A stretch of 64,000 nt of DNA from Octopus sinensis (lineage: Eukaryota), in NCBI RefSeq assembly GCF_006345805.1, contig NC_043023.1, positions 21,204,001 to 21,268,000 of the forward strand, given 5' to 3'. The position numbers were made by a program, and so were the translations under genes. Below are positions 61,997 to 64,000 of the stretch, one piece after another; the stretch's first letter is position 1, and each line of letters opens with the position of its first letter. The notes beneath the pieces are model-generated. The model had not been told where the DNA came from, did not search any database, and saw nothing but the letters and a program-made list of their open reading frames with translations.

Positions 61997-62458
61997 ATTT
62001 CTTAATTTGGATTTGGAAACACTAAAAAGAAGGAACTTTACCTATCAGCGAACTACTCGCTTCAGATGAACCACTCCAACTAACAGTGTCAACAAATTCA
62101 AAATGCGCAGGCGTAAAATTCTGCACTCCCCATTCCACGCACGTGGTCTATCTAGCAAACATTATATTTTAACCGCGAGAACCGAGGTAGTATGACCGAG
62201 AGAAATGAATTATAATATCAACAATTGAGGGTAAAATTAATTAATTAATCAATTTCACCAAGTGTTAAGTATGTTCTCGCGGTTAAAATATAATGTTTGC
62301 TAGATAGACCACGTGGGTGGAATGGGGAGTGCAGAATTTTACGCCTGCGCATTTTGAATTTGTTGACACTGTTAGTTGGAGTGGTTCATCTGAAGCGAGT
62401 AGTTCGCTGATAGGTAAAGTTCCTTCTTTTTAGTGTTTCCAAATCCAAATTAAGAAAT

Positions 62459-62521
62459 TTTGAGCTGACGATAGAAATGCTGATTTTATTTGGCTAATCT
62501 TGAAACGTTGACGTACTCAAA
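62459..62521 (+). ncRNA. Type-I hammerhead ribozyme (inverted arm)
   Basis: tttgag 62459-62464, CTGACGA 62465-62471, GAAAC 62502-62506, GTA 62513-62515, ctcaaa 62516-62521. Confidence 0.82.
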
Positions 62522-62756
62522 CGATCTATGTACTTGTGATATTTTTCTGTATTTACCCCCAAACCTTCGTGAGCTGTCTAGAGTAAACATTATCTGAGAG
62601 AAATTTTTCTTTAAGTAGTAGAAATGCTAACAAAATTTTTTTTGGCTGCTATTTCTACTTAGTTCAGTATGTGGCAAAGTAATTTATTTTACTAAGCCCT
62701 AATTATATATATATATATACATACATATATATTATATATATATATATAATATATAT

Positions 62757-62797
<41 letters not shown>

Positions 62798-62800
<3 letters not shown>

Positions 62801-63195
62801 AGTGGCTGTTTGGTAAGTAGCCTGCTAACCAACCACTGGTCCCGGGTTCAGTCCCACTGCGTGGCATCTTTGGCAATTGTCTACTGCTATAGCCCCGGGC
62901 CGACCAATGCCTTGTGAGTGGATTTGGTAGACAGAAACTGAAAGAAGCCTGTCGTATATATGTATTATATATATGTGTGCGTATGTGTTTGTGTGTCTGT
63001 GTTTGTCCCCCTAGCATTGCTTGACAACAGATGCTGGTGTTTACGTCCCCGTCACTTAGCGGTTCGGCAAAAGAGACCGATAGAATAAGTACTGGGCTTA
63101 CAAAGAATAAGTCCCGGGGTCGATTTGCTCGACTAAAGGCGGTGCTCCAGCATGGCCGCAGTCAAATGACTGAAACAAGTAAAAGAGTAAAAGAG
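62798..63195 (+). mobile_element. tRNA-derived SINE
   Basis: Family consensus as at 30931 and 50847. Confidence 0.88.
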
Positions 63196-63305
63196 TATAT
63201 ATGTGTGTGTGTGCGTATGTGTGTGTACACATATACATAAGAAGCCCGTCATATATATATATATTATATTTATATGTATATACATATAAATATATGAGCC
63301 CTGGT

Positions 63306-63341
<36 letters not shown>

Positions 63342-63352
63342 CACACACACAG

Positions 63353-63398
<46 letters not shown>

Positions 63399-63675
63399 TA
63401 TATATATATATTATATATATATATATATATAATGTTACTACATTGGCGTTGGCCATTAAAACAGACAAACACATTTAACAAAAACGGTGATGTGAATGCT
63501 TTTATTACTCAGAAGATACAAAGAGATTCAATGGGTTTAATCGACATACGTGGGCCTCTCTCTTTCTCTCTCATAGTTTTTCAAACAACTATGAAAAATT
63601 TAGGTCACACCAAATGAACTGAATTAGACTTTGAGCGGGTAAATAGTACAAACACCATTCAGCTTAAAATCGATA

Positions 63676-63775
63676 NNNNNNNNNNNNNNNNNNNNNNNNN
63701 NNNNNNNNNNNNNNNNNNNNNNNNNNNNNNNNNNNNNNNNNNNNNNNNNNNNNNNNNNNNNNNNNNNNNNNNNNN
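63676..63775. other. Assembly gap (100 N)
   Basis: Run of N. Confidence 1.
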
Positions 63776-64000
63776 GGCGTATCAATCGGTCATCTAGCAG
63801 TCGGAAGCGATGAAATAGAAGAGGTGGACAGCTATGTCTATCTCGGTCAAGAAGTGACTAGAGGTGAAAGATGGAGAATGAGATGTTGCGAAGGTTAAGA
63901 GCAGGATGGAGAGCTTTCACCTCACTGAAGGATTTGCTGAAGGTATATTTATATATACATATACAAGTAACACACTCACAGGCAAGGAACACAGGTACAA
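63776..64000 (+). repeat. Inverted near-identical copy of 44565-44789
   Basis: Reverse complement of 44565-44789 with about 3 substitutions, including the junction between the old and young RTE pieces. Confidence 0.92.

Larger units (their letters stand above)
61655..62705. mobile_element. Second hammerhead-containing direct + inverted element (retrozyme/pLTR-like), 564-bp monomer
   Basis: Monomer 61655-62218, ~55-bp direct restart 62219-62274, then inverted copy 62273-62705 (reverse complement of ~61750-62182). Flanked by (TA)n on both sides. Confidence 0.8.

Overview
AT-rich, microsatellite-dense animal genomic DNA. The SINE/LINE repertoire looks like Octopus/coleoid cephalopod (inference), and there is a 100-N scaffold gap at 63676-63775. 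Nearly all ORFs in the supplied track are microsatellite or repeat artefacts. (1) One spliced minus-strand gene can be assembled by hand from GT-AG exons with matching phases, running 38655 -> 13252 (start codon not located). It encodes Mind-bomb-like ankyrin repeats, a RING-HC finger, a tandem array of symmetric phase-1 mini-exons mostly carrying a [DE]-[KR]-x-V-Q-T (LC8/DYNLL-type) motif, and a C-terminal Death domain. The mini-exons sit in a ~2-kb tandem genomic duplication and appear to be duplicated, repurposed copies of the first Death-domain exon. (2) There are several hammerhead ribozymes. Five well-formed type-I copies lie in two non-coding tandem+inverted elements inserted in (TA)n (491-bp and 564-bp monomers; retrozyme/Penelope-pLTR-like), and three minimal or degenerate ones lie elsewhere. 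(3) Transposon debris includes a 5'-truncated RTE LINE with a PHD-like insert, RTE 3'-UTR arrays, a HERO-like REL LINE, two Helitron helicase fragments, a Chapaev3-like transposase fragment, a Merlin-like element with 8-bp TSD, MITEs and tRNA-derived SINEs. (4) After the gap is an inverted near-identical copy of 44565-44789.
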